Assembly: GCA_951406725.2 (NCBI GenBank) | Contig: OX597816.1 | Location: 135,284,001 to 135,348,000, forward strand | Length of the DNA: 64,000 nt | Reading direction: 5' to 3' | Source: Octopus vulgaris | Taxonomy: Eukaryota | Shown here: positions 52,306 through 64,000 of the stretch, piece by piece | Numbering within the stretch: position 1 is the stretch's first letter | Layout: each line of letters opens with the position of its first letter | Translations under genes and position numbers: made by a program | The notes under the pieces: model-generated | Seen by the model: the letters and a program-made list of their open reading frames with translations, nothing else | Told to the model about the DNA's origin: nothing | Databases searched by the model: none

Positions 52306-55300
52306 CTGCTTAGAAACAAAAATTGGACATTAATGAGCTCTATTGCGTTAAATGTCATGAGAATAATGAAAGACAGCGGAATACATGTGTGTGGAAATAA
52401 TCTTACATATAATTCAACATGCATTTAGTAATTAATACATACATACGAGCATACATACCTACAGACATACATACATGCACTTATCTGCAACACACGTATG
52501 CATGTGTGTATATGTGCGTGTCTACACATGTCAAACACATACTCGTATATATAAGCAACTGGAAAGCAGGAACAAGGTAGTAATTATGACCCGATATGAT
52601 TTCTACGATGTTGAGTCGTGGTAGCGATTGATTGATTCTAGTTTCAGCTCACGAGCTGTGGCCATGCTGGGGCACCGGTATCTCAGCAAAATGGCAGAAA
52701 TCAGTAAAATTGTATAGGAGTTCCTCAATCTCTGTATAGAGAGACTGAGAATCTAAGCAGAAGATTGCTACAATGCCTCGAGGTCAACGTAAGTTGTTAG
52801 GAGATGTTTAGTCAATTAAATCGTTCTAATTTCTTATTTTACCAACCGCAAAATTTGAAATTACAACGTTTAGGCACCAAAGAAAATACTGCTAGGAATT
52901 TTTCATCCCAAACTCTATCGTAATTGTTTTATCATCTCCTTTAGCAACCTTTGCTTCATTGTCGTCGTTGTTGTTTGTGCCAATGATGTATACAAAGTGC
53001 GGTCAAAACGTACCCGACTTACTTTTCCCGCCAAAAGTAAAGCCGCATGAGCAAAATCTTGTGGGTGTAAGGCGGTGCCACCCTTCTAGTGCATGCATGA
53101 AAATTTTCGAGCCAGTAGACCTTGTCAGTTCCCGATTTGAGTACCTTTAGCAGAGTCCACTATGTTCCCAGCATTGAGCTACATATCCGGTTTGCGGATT
53201 TCTTCCTCTCTCCCTCTCACTAGTCTCGAAGGTCCTATTTAAGATCATAGGATTAAAAAAGCTAGCAAAAAATATTGGACTGTAACTGGTCAGGACGGTG
53301 AAATTTGTTTCTTACCTACTGAAGAGACGATAGCTAGAAACCAACCAACACTATCTACACCACAGTTTCTCATGGGTAGGGGACTACGTGAGGATAGAAA
53401 AGAGTGGGGTCGACATATTGATCTGTTTATCAAGATTAACATGTCTTTAAACTTCTTCAACTCTATAGCAAAGAAAGAAAAATGATATGGATACCAACTA
53501 TTCTGCCTCACTTTAACAGAAAGAAAAAACCACGAGATGGTCATGGATGGAACGCTTTAGGTCATTGGCAAATGGGTATGTATGGGTGGCAGTTTGGGAA
53601 CCACTGGTCTGCACTACAGCCAAGAGATTTACGTCACGCAACTTGATCCATCTTGTAAATATGTACCGTTGAAATGGATTACTCTCCACCGCCAACAGCT
53701 TTGAACACTTTACAACCGTCAAGTATTTTGTCGCGTTGTAGTACTGAGTTCAAATGCTCTTTCCATGAGTACGGCTTAGAGAACATCAGGTGATATGAGG
53801 CTGATTGCTTTTTCTACATAAAGCTAAATTTGTTTAATCTTGGATCAATTTTGATCGAACAGGCCTTAATCAGAGTCGTACGTTCCAACCGTGATCATTC
53901 AGTCTTATTGTCAATTACTGTGTGATATCTAGGACACTTTCTGGGTTGGCTAAAAATTGAAACTAACTGTCTATATCTTTTTGCTATTAATTTCTATAGA
54001 AAATGAATATGATTTTTATCATCAGCAAGCAAAATTACATCAGTTTAGAAAACTTTTTAAAATCCTGATAGTGGGAAGTATTTTAAAAGATCCCACTTTC
54101 GGTGTATCCTTTTGAGATAACAGGATGTGATTTGAGGAAGATTTGGCTGTTGAGTGATCACATAGAAACTCCTTCGACAGCTCGTGAGAACGGACTGTTT
54201 TAGTTGTGAAGTTACAACTCAAAAATTTATGGGACTTAATCACGTGGTTGTTGTTGTTTTCCTTGTTGTTCGCCCAGTTCAGTTCGTGACAGAGCAGACT
54301 TATGACCAAAAGTATTCCAATCATCCCGTATTTTTTTAATCAGGACAACATTACCCAATATGCCCTTTCCTCTTCAAAACGGCAAGGTATAACCTTAGGA
54401 TGATTTGACTGCTATTTATAACAGATGGACAGAATGCAAAGAGGCCCTTTTGTTGGATTGTACTTTACTCTGTATAAAATGGTTACTCGATGAAAAACAA
54501 AAATAAAATATAATTGGATTCATTTAAACTGCACTTAGTTATACAGATTAAATTTATAGAGCTGGTATAGTTAGTTTAATTGTATATATAAAAAAAGTTT
54601 ACCTATAAAATCTTAAGTAAAGAAAGACACGCTCTTGGTTGTGAAGTTCTATTTTGTCCAATATTTATACATTCGAATCATCGTAAAAAAAAACTGTAGT
54701 TATTTACTTTCAAGATTAGAGTGTGTTAATAGTCATGATTTTTGTTTTTCTTGTTATTTTATGCTTGTATTAATTCTCTCAAAGAATACATTTAAAAATA
54801 AGTATTTCTGGTACAAAATTACACAATCACTAAAACCGCAAAGGTCTTATATTGCTTTCTTTCTTTTTCCTTTTTCTTTTTTTTTTCTTCCTTTTTTTAT
54901 GCTTTAAAGTATTTAAAGAATTCGTTCGCTTCAGTTTCACCAGTAAAATTGTTTTCATGTGCTGCAAGTATTAAATTTAGTTTTCAAAACATATGACCCC
55001 CGATAAGGAGTCTGATCGTAAGATAAATTATGCTCTCCGTACAGCTAAACTGTATAAAGTACTGAGAGATATGTGATAATGTATGTTGACATTATCAGCT
55101 AAGGTGGGGGTGACGAAGCAGACGGTGAAAAGGCGAGCTATATTTCCTTTCTTTCTTTTTTTCTTTATCTGGTTCGTTATTACACGCTCTTAAGTTCAAA
55201 CTCCTTTATTTTATTTATATTTGGAGGAGAGAGGGTAGATTCAAGAAAACAGGTACCAGTTATATACAAAAAATAGTAAGCAACATACAATGGAGAAATA

Positions 55301-56697
55301 CTTTAGAGGAACGGAGTCCACAACCTGCTTTGCTTGTGGTAATTAACTTTGTATACACTACAACTGTCATTGACAAAAATTATATATATGCTACAACTTG
55401 TATTTTCTCTTCCAATGAAGAAGATAACAAAGCTCATAATCTAATTAATGCTGTTCAAACACTCAAGTCAAAAATTCAAATGAGATTGGTTTTTATTTCA
55501 TTATTGAGTAAAATAGTTTCTCCTGTCTTTGAATATATTTGTGAGATTTAATCCATTATATCTATACCAGAGGATGTGACATCAAGTTAAGCAAGGTAGG
55601 TATTGCCTACCCACGTTTAACACTATCACTATTAATCTTTACAAGTAAATGTCTTCCTTTCATTATAAAAGAAATGCTAATTTTCTATGTATAATTCCGT
55701 AAATGGCTATTGCTACACTCACACACACAAATGCATGACTTTGGCTCCAAAATACATTTTATATTGTATCACTAACGTGAAAATAATTTCCTGCTATTCG
55801 TTCAGTAATCATTACAGAAGTAAAAGTGTGTGAGTTTGTGTATTAAATCGTTTTTCACTGATGCTGGAGATTGTTTTTAAAATAATATATTATTTCATGT
55901 GAGCGTATTAAATAAGAATGATGTTCGTTTGTGTGTGCGACTAAAAGTAATTTCTTTTGTCTACGTTTTTTTTTACACATTTTATCCTTAGCCTTTTATG
56001 TTGGCAATTACTTTATTAATGCCTATGCATAGAGCCATCTTAAAACATGAGCAATCTGGGCAGTTGCTCGGTGGGTCTCAGGGATATAGGGCTAATCTAA
56101 GTATGCTGTGCTTATGTATATAGTGACTCTATTGCGTTACTTTGTCCGTGAGCTTATTTTGTTGTTAACACAACCTTACACATGTATACTCTTTTTGCCA
56201 CACGAAGTTCTGTCTTTCCTGCTTTTGCTGAACAAACCCATTAACTCAGTCAACAACAACTCTTTCAATGTCACTGACAATTTCAGGCTTCTCACAGTTA
56301 GTTCCAGAAATAAATTCTGGTGTCTCGTGACTTAAGGCAGCTTTTAATAGAATTAAATGAAAACTAATTTTATAAACATGATATTAACCGTTTTCAAAAT
56401 GAATGTTTTTATAAATAAATTCTCTTTCTAAGCAGGTTTTGTTTCATTTAATGACACTGATATTTGGATGGAGTGAGCTGTCTTTAAATTACAGATGTAG
56501 GTTGTGCGATATTTGACAAATTGTATGAGTTCTGCACCAAAATGAGTTTGAGAATTGCCGCGTTAAGCTACCGATTTCAATATTTTGATAGCAAATGGGA
56601 TGTGCTTCCGACAAACTACGTCTGTAACCCTATTTCCATTATCTGTCCCACTTTTGGAGGAAACGTAACATTACAACGCCTTATTTTCCTAATAATG

Positions 56698-56888
56698 ATT
56701 TCAAATTTTAGCACAAGGCCAGCAATTTAGGGTGAGAGGGTAAGTTTGCATCGACCCCAGTGCTCAAATGGTATCTATTTTCTCGACCCCGAAAGGACGA
56801 AAAGCGAAGTCGACTCAGAACGCAAAGACTGACGAAATGCTGCTAAACATTTCGCTCGGTGTGATAACGATTCTGCCAGCTCGCCACC
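56698..56888 (-). mobile_element. Dominant-family SINE
   Basis: Consensus match. Confidence 0.78.
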
Positions 56889-57353
56889 CTGCTTATTCTC
56901 CCAACAGTACGAAGATGTGTGTCTGGTCTATAAAAAAAATAACAGTATTTTAGACTAAGACATTGCACAATAAAGCAAGAATGAAACTTCCGAGCAGTCG
57001 TGTCGGCAATCCAGTTTCAATTCATTTGAGAAAGACACAGCTTCATCTAGTCCAGGGGGTTCACTGGTCTAGGGGCCAAATTCTGATGTATATGTACTGT
57101 GGCTTGCTCTCAAATAAATGCTGTAGAGCCAGTGCATGAATTTGTCTGGGGTTTTATAATACTGCTAAAACGGCCCTGGCTTCACCCCCATATAAGTGTA
57201 GCTTTATCTCCATATATCAACTTGATTATGGCTAGCAATACAGTTGTAAAAAAAATCTGTTGAGACCTCTGCATGTGAAATAGAATCTACTTCCTTCACT
57301 TCTTAAATCACGTTAACGCTATTGCGATTAGAGAGAGACGGTAGAGCCTGGCA

Positions 57354-57894
57354 CAGTGGCGTCGCTAATAGAAGATCAAGGAGAACGACCCCTCTCCGCG
57401 AGCACATTTTTCAAAATTGGCGTCTTTTCAACAGTTTTTTTTTAATTCATTAGTTTACTTGTGCGATAGAAGTCGAATTTCTCTTTTTTCTTTTCCTAAT
57501 TGCTTGGCCTTGGAAGATCTTTCTGGAATAATTACTTTATTTGACCAGCCTCCCTTGTTTTTGAACTGTCTGCCCAATCTCCTGTGATGTGTTGGTAGCT
57601 GCTGACATCTGAAGAACTAAAACAAACCCTGATATCATAACCTCTCTACACTGGGCGATCTCGTGAAGTGTCATCTTTTTTACGTCACACCTATATCAGT
57701 AGTTGTAAGTTTTATACATAATGGCATTGTCAAAGAAACATGAAATTCATGAATGTAGAATACAATTACGTATAACTAATGAAATATTTTGCGTAATATA
57801 AGAGAAATAAGTCAAAAATTGTTTGGTATGTGTCGCGGAGCCTTTTTTTTTATGCGCTCGCTCCCCGAAACTTTAGAATTTGGCTACGCCACAG
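57354..57894. mobile_element. hAT-like MITE
   Basis: TIRs cagtggcgtcgc / gctacgccacag; TSD-like gcctggca / atctggca. Confidence 0.6.
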
Positions 57895-58808
57895 ATCTGG
57901 CAATTTCATTAGGACACTGGATAAAATATCTTACAGTATTTAAGTCTCTTTAAGTTTTGAATTTAAGTTCCACAGAAGTTTTTTTTTTTTTTTACCTACA
58001 CTCTTCCGAGGACAAATACCAGCATAAAACTAGAGTCAATTAAGCTGAGTATACTTTTTCCGCACAAAATATTTGACCTGGTACCTAAGTTAGAAATTGT
58101 TATTATGGCTGGAGAAGTACAGTAACTGGGAGAAGTAAATATATTATTCTTGACGTCCAAACTGTAACGTCATATTCCATTGAAAGTAATGCATTGTATT
58201 TATGCAAAATAATGCTCAACTCTACTTACTGAAATGTTTTATGCCTAATTTATAAAATATTATTATGTATGGCGCCGTCCTACGGAACTAGACAGTGGGT
58301 CGTTTCGCTTGTTTAAAGTTACATGTCTACTTAACCAATTGATAATTAATTGCAGCGTCACAGTTTGGTAACAAACCCAATTTCACGATACAGTGTCCAT
58401 TCCCAATTGGAACAGTTTTATTTACGTTGTTAACGTTTTTTTTGTTTTTTTTGTGGAAGACACGGGCGTCAGAATTCCCTAAGATGATTATTATATCTCT
58501 TGAAATACCTCAAAGTAGAGCAGTAGTTCCTTCTGTAAGAAGTTCTAGTCCAGTGTCAAATGTTTAAGAGATTCAAATAGCAAACGATGATAACTTAGCT
58601 AAAAACCCTCTCTGTCTCTCTCTTTCTCTCTACCACTCTCTTTCTTTCTTTCTCTCTCCCTCTCCCCTCCTCTCTCTCTCATTAGGTTCTACAACGGGTC
58701 TAAGAAGATATTCTTTTCTTTGTTCGAAATTTCCATTGCTATTTCTGGTCTGGATACCATCTGGAAAGCTAGAGTTAATAACATTTTCAGTAGATTAAGC
58801 TTGATATA

Positions 58809-58892
<84 letters not shown>

Positions 58893-59779
58893 TGCTTGAC
58901 GCTATTGAGAAAATATGAATTTGTATAACTTTATAGACGACTACATAGCAACGGTAGCTTTACGTATGAAGCGTAAGTCATTAACATACCATAACAAGAA
59001 TACAGACATAGACTTAACAATCATGTATACAACTTCTCGCGTATGTATATGTTAAAGGTATTGGTGGTGGTATTGAGCACACATGCACGCGCGCACACAC
59101 ACATAAAAACACTCCTATTCTTACACACCGTTGTGATATTAGAAAAAATGTTTGTTAGGCCTTATAAAACCTAAATAAAGTAACATCACAAAAAGAACAA
59201 GGAGCAGACCATAACATTCAGATTTCATTTATTTTGCTTTTGATAAAAAGTTAAGTTACTTTACTTGAAGTGGTCGGCGAGTGTCTCAGGGCTCTCAACT
59301 TGAAAATAGTTAGAAGCTTAGTGTTCTAGTGTTTGTAAAGATTTCTCTGTAATATTTTTAATTATCCTCATGAATACAGCTGTAGTGGTTTTGTATAGGA
59401 CTAGATGAAGGATTTTGAAGATATTTGCCATTTAATTGATAGTAACAACAACAGCGTTAAACTTAATTGTTAATTATATCCTGACAAGTGGGGAGGATAA
59501 AGTTCTTATATAGATGTCTATTTACCCCCTATTCCGGTAGCTAAAATAAAAACTTTGCTCGCCTATTCAAGTGTTATACTTTCGTGACCAAGAAACCGAA
59601 TGAAATCTTTCCTTGAAATCAGAATGTTGACCTACCTTATGTTTCTCATAAGAGTCATCTTAATGGGCCAATAATTCTGTTTTTAATGTTGCTGCCTACT
59701 TCAACTGGCGCCTGAAACAATGTTTCAATAAATATATACATAAATACTATTATTCGTTTACAAACAATGATCTCTATTT

Positions 59780-60637
59780 TCCAGTTTGAGTGAAACAGAC
59801 GAGTTATTTTTCGTTTTTGGATTTGGTTTGCAAGTCTTTATATGAGTTCGTGTGTTGAAGCATATTCTGTTGTGTCTGGGGAGAGTCATTTTCTTTTTGT
59901 GCCTTATAATGTAACACACTCACCGATAAAATTTCCACTTATTTCTTATTTTTATTTTCCTAGTTTTTTTTTTTTTTTTTTGGTATGTAAGCATATGGAT
60001 AAAAAAATAAACAGATCAACATACAGACGGATAGGTACATAGGTTATAAGAACAGACAAGCACACATACGCAAATGGAGACTGAAACACATGACCATATA
60101 TATATATATACACACACACTTTACTCCACACAAGGACACATATGGAGACACGGATTCACACATGTAGAGATGCACATCCATCCATACATACAAACATAGT
60201 ACATAGTTGCATAACACACACACACATGCACACACAAGGAGACAAAGGTGCATACATATACAAACACACGCTCACACACACATACATAGAAAATACACAA
60301 ACACGGACATACAAGCACATGAATATACGGGATACATACAGATGCACTCATACACACACATATATACATACATACACAAGCATACATACATACACACATA
60401 CATACGTACATGCATGCATAGGCACACACACACACACACTGACCCACACACATGCGCACAAATAAAAAAAAAGGAACGCAGTGTAAATAACGGACAGAGT
60501 CAAGACTATTGAAATGGTTGCAAGACACAACGAAAATTTTAGGAAAATAAAAATAAGAAATAAGTGGAAATTTTACCGGCGAGTGTGTTATATTATAAGG
60601 CACAAAAAGAAAATGACTCTCCCCAGACACAACAGAA
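59780..60637. mobile_element. Penelope-like element remnant with 98-bp inverted arms and a hammerhead-like motif
   Basis: Arms 59865-59962 / 60540-60637 (3 mismatches); motif at 60506-60542. Confidence 0.65.
60506..60542 (+). ncRNA. Hammerhead-like motif, U3:A8 variant (A9->U)
   Basis: cta-TTGAAAT-g-gttg-caagaca-caac-GAA-AATT-T-tag. Confidence 0.5.
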
Positions 60638-60881
60638 GATGAGTTATTGCAAATAATAATTTTATATTGAATCCGGATGAATGAGATTTGTAAAGGAACT
60701 AACATAATTTTGAGTTACATTAGATGGACATTCAAAATTCCTAGTCAAGTAAAACCAATTAGGAAAAAAATCGAATTTATAGGATAGAGGGAAGATGTTG
60801 TTTCAGTGATATCACCAACATTAATGTAGCGTCTGGATGAATACATTGTTTCTGAAGAGATAGTCAGGAACTTAACAATAA

Positions 60882-61079
60882 TAATCTTTCTACTATAGGC
60901 ACAAGGCCTGAAATTTGTGGAGAGTGGGTAAGTCGATTACAATCGATTCCAGTGCTCGACTGGTACTTATTTTATTGACTCCGAAAGGATGAAACGCATA
61001 GTCGACTTCGGAGGAATTTCAACTCAGAACGTAAAAAGGGACTAAATGCCGCTGATCCTTTTGTGCGATACGCTAACAA

Positions 61080-61084
<5 letters not shown>
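60882..61084 (-). mobile_element. Dominant-family SINE
   Basis: Consensus match. Confidence 0.8.
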
Positions 61085-61170
<86 letters not shown>

Positions 61171-61893
61171 CGTGCACATACACACACAGCAGTAGTCTGG
61201 TGATTTAGAGAACTGAGAAGATCGATCTCCACCCAAATCCCTACGAATAAATCGATAAATAAATAGATAAATAGACATATCAAATAGATAAATAAATAGA
61301 TAAATAAGTGAAAAGTAAACTAGAAGAAATTCTAATACATTCTGTATTTTATTTTATGACAAGTAATGGGTTCCGCATATTTTTATGTGAAAGACATAAT
61401 TGATTTTAGAATGTCATTGTGTAATATGTTGGGAAATTGCCGTGGTTTCTATGCATTTGTAAATAATTAAGCGAATGTAATTACAGATGATGCATGTATT
61501 ATTACAGGCATGCATATGAATTAAAACTCTCAGTCTGAGTTATTCTTTTGTTGCATAAATTATCAGTGAGTCTGGTGTATTTTGTTATGATGTGGAAAGA
61601 ATTGTTTTGGATGACTTGTGATGAATTGACTGGGAGTCGAGACACAATTTTACATTGGACACAGCTAACACGGTGATTAAACTCACTATGGATCTCATTA
61701 TCCAATAATAGAGAGGAAGATTTTGTTTAGTAATTAAAATGTAGCTGGATATTTTTAGCTGAGTTATATTCTCCAATCATTTAAAATTTTCAAACTTACA
61801 AAACGTAAAGAAACATTGTACAACATCGTTCGATTTGTTCATTTCCTGAAGTGTAGAATACAAGAACATCAAGACCATATTAAGGCTCTAGAA

Positions 61894-62801
61894 CAGGGGG
61901 TGTCAAACTCAATTTAGTTCACGGGCCACATATCAAGCCAATTTGATCTCAAGCGGGTCTACATCACGAATGAATTAAGGCCAGTTGTGCAACATCCGTA
62001 ATGTCCGTGCTCTCATCATTTGCAACCGAAAATGCAAAAAATTACTTGAACTTTGTGCTTCAGTTGCCTGTCCTAATCTGCAGAAATATCTGAAATCCTA
62101 CCTGCTACAATGTTTCCCGTCAGGCTAATGTTGGCAAAAATCTGTCGCTTCTCAGAGCATACAATTTGTGCAACCTTCAGTATGTATGTTTTCACAAACT
62201 CACCCTCACAGTACGGCTTTGATGCTAATAGCAACAAGGTAACTAGCTTTTACAGCTGCCTGGCTGATATCTCGGCTTTGGCTTAAAGCAGACTGTTGTT
62301 TCTTCAGATCCGCTATCAATATATTTACCTTCTGTCTTATCATTTGTTCTTGCAAGTTATTGTATTTGTCGGCATGATGAGTCTCATAGGGGCACCAAAT
62401 GTTATATTCCTTGAACACTGAAACCTGCTGCGAAAACACCAGGCGCCCAGGTTTCCCATTCACTTCTACGAATAAATAAGAAACGGACCACTTTTCTTGA
62501 AATAATCTACACTCTGTATCCACTTTTCTCCTTTTTTGTTAAAGATATTTTGGGTAAGGTAAAACAGAGAGAAATGTTAACTTAAAAAAGGAAAACATTG
62601 TTAGTCATTGAATTAATTTCAATAAAATATATTTATTCCAATACGATATTTAAACAAATCAGTCATACTGAAACAATCAACTTTCATAATAATAAGTAAG
62701 TAAATATATAATTTTTACACTTTTGAAAGTCATCTCGCGAGCCGGATGAAACCCTGCAGCGGACCGGTTCCGGCTCGTGGGCCATATGTTTGACACCCTT
62801 G
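61894..62801 (-). mobile_element. Internally deleted hAT (Buster/SPIN, GTF2IRD2-like) transposon
   Basis: TIRs cagggggtgtcaaac / gtttgacacccttg; 8-bp TSD ctctagaa / ctctaaaa (NNNTANNN). ORF 62206-62523 encodes FQEKWSVSYLFVEVNGKP...KEYNI...AAVKASYLVA. Confidence 0.9.
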
Positions 62802-62829
62802 CTCTAAAAATTTGAGATACTTTGAAATG

Positions 62830-63100
62830 TTCTCTGTCTCCTCTTCTTTCAACCATTCTTTATCCATTTTATTGGTCAGAAAATCTGTCCCGATACTGAC
62901 AAAGCCAGTAGGTTGTTGCAGATGACGCATATAATATTGTAAGTGCTTAGAGCTCTCTTGATAATCCTTGCTACTCCTAAGAAACTTCCCGCGAGAGCTC
63001 TATAGAGCATTATATTCCAATCTCCTTTAGCCATTTGTCTATATCCTTGCTTACTGTTTCCAACGCACCAATTATTATAGACACGACCTTGACAGTTATT
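62830..63100 (-). mobile_element. 3' end of an R4/Dong-like LINE next to (ATT)n
   Basis: TVKVVSIIIGALETVSKDIDKWLKEIGI...GVARIIKRALST, an RLE-LINE C-terminus. Confidence 0.78.
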
Positions 63101-63101
63101 C

Positions 63102-63175
<74 letters not shown>

Positions 63176-63184
63176 GTTATTACT

Positions 63185-63348
63185 AGCAGAATCGCTAACA
63201 CGCCGGACGAAATGCTTACTGGTATTTCGTCTGTCTTTATGTTCTGAGTTCAAATTCCGCCGAGGTCGACTCTGCCTTCCATCCAGTAGCGAACTGGGTC
63301 AATCTCATCGACTGGCCTTCTCCCCCCAAATTTCGGGCCTTGTACCTA
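63185..63348 (+). mobile_element. Dominant-family SINE (partial)
   Basis: Consensus match. Confidence 0.78.
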
Positions 63349-63420
63349 GTTTCGGGTTCAATCCTACTACAGGTTCCATCTATCCACTGATTGATAGATC
63401 CTGTGTGGAAGCCCGTCGTA

Positions 63421-63421
63421 T

Positions 63422-63480
<59 letters not shown>

Positions 63481-63782
63481 CTCTAGCTCAAGTTCCGAGA
63501 CTGAACTGAACCCACCACCGCTTGACAAATAGTATTGGTTTGTTCACGCCCCCTGTAACTTAACAGTTCAGCAAAAAGAGATCAATAGATTAAGTACCAA
63601 ATTTAAAAGTAAGTATTGTGGTCAATTTGTTCGACTAAAACCCTTAAAGACGATGCCCCAGCATGGCTGCAGCCCAAATGACTGAAGCGAGTGTAGCTGT
63701 GCGGTAAAAAGTTTGCTTCTCAACCACATGGTTCCGGGTTCAGTTCAGTCTCGGAACTTGAGTTAGAGTCTACACACACACA

Positions 63783-63877
<95 letters not shown>

Positions 63878-63887
63878 ACACACACAT

Positions 63888-63908
<21 letters not shown>
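63421..63908. repeat. Inverted repeat: (TG)n + 37-bp arm, then 37-bp arm + (CA)n, around SINE fragments
   Basis: 63477-63513 and 63736-63772 are reverse complements with 1 mismatch. Confidence 0.85.
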
Positions 63909-63940
<32 letters not shown>

Positions 63941-64000
63941 CATATATATAAAACCAAGGGAAGATGAAAGAGGCTAGATCGGTTTAGCATGCATGTATAT

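Noticed and set aside
52991-53160. Third mariner element
   Set aside because: Only a decayed TIR-like start; no partner TIR or transposase motif was found.
53318-53350. CTGAAGA...GAAA hammerhead
   Set aside because: Stem II and stem I do not pair.

Overview
AT-rich eukaryotic DNA full of microsatellites and repeats. The SINE repertoire suggests an octopus (coleoid cephalopod) intergenic or intronic region; this is my recognition, not a database result. No host protein-coding exon, rRNA, real tRNA gene or CRISPR array can be supported. DNA transposons: two full-length mariner elements (one with an open 351-aa ORF), mariner-derived MITEs, two hAT relics, hAT/pogo/piggyBac-like MITEs, a Helitron helicase relic and several non-autonomous Helitrons. 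Retroelements: 3' ends of R4/Dong-like and RTE LINEs, a Gypsy integrase relic, and many tRNA-derived SINEs, including tandem multimers. The most interesting signal is five minimal type I hammerhead-ribozyme-like motifs of the Penelope-like-element (PLE) kind. One lies in a composite of tRNA head, microsatellite, hammerhead and inverted 3' duplicate, a candidate PLE-mobilised ribozyme-bearing SINE (4160-4520). Two show a U3:A8 compensatory core variant. In one element the inverted copy begins exactly at the predicted cleavage site. Many repeat boundaries were estimated by eye.
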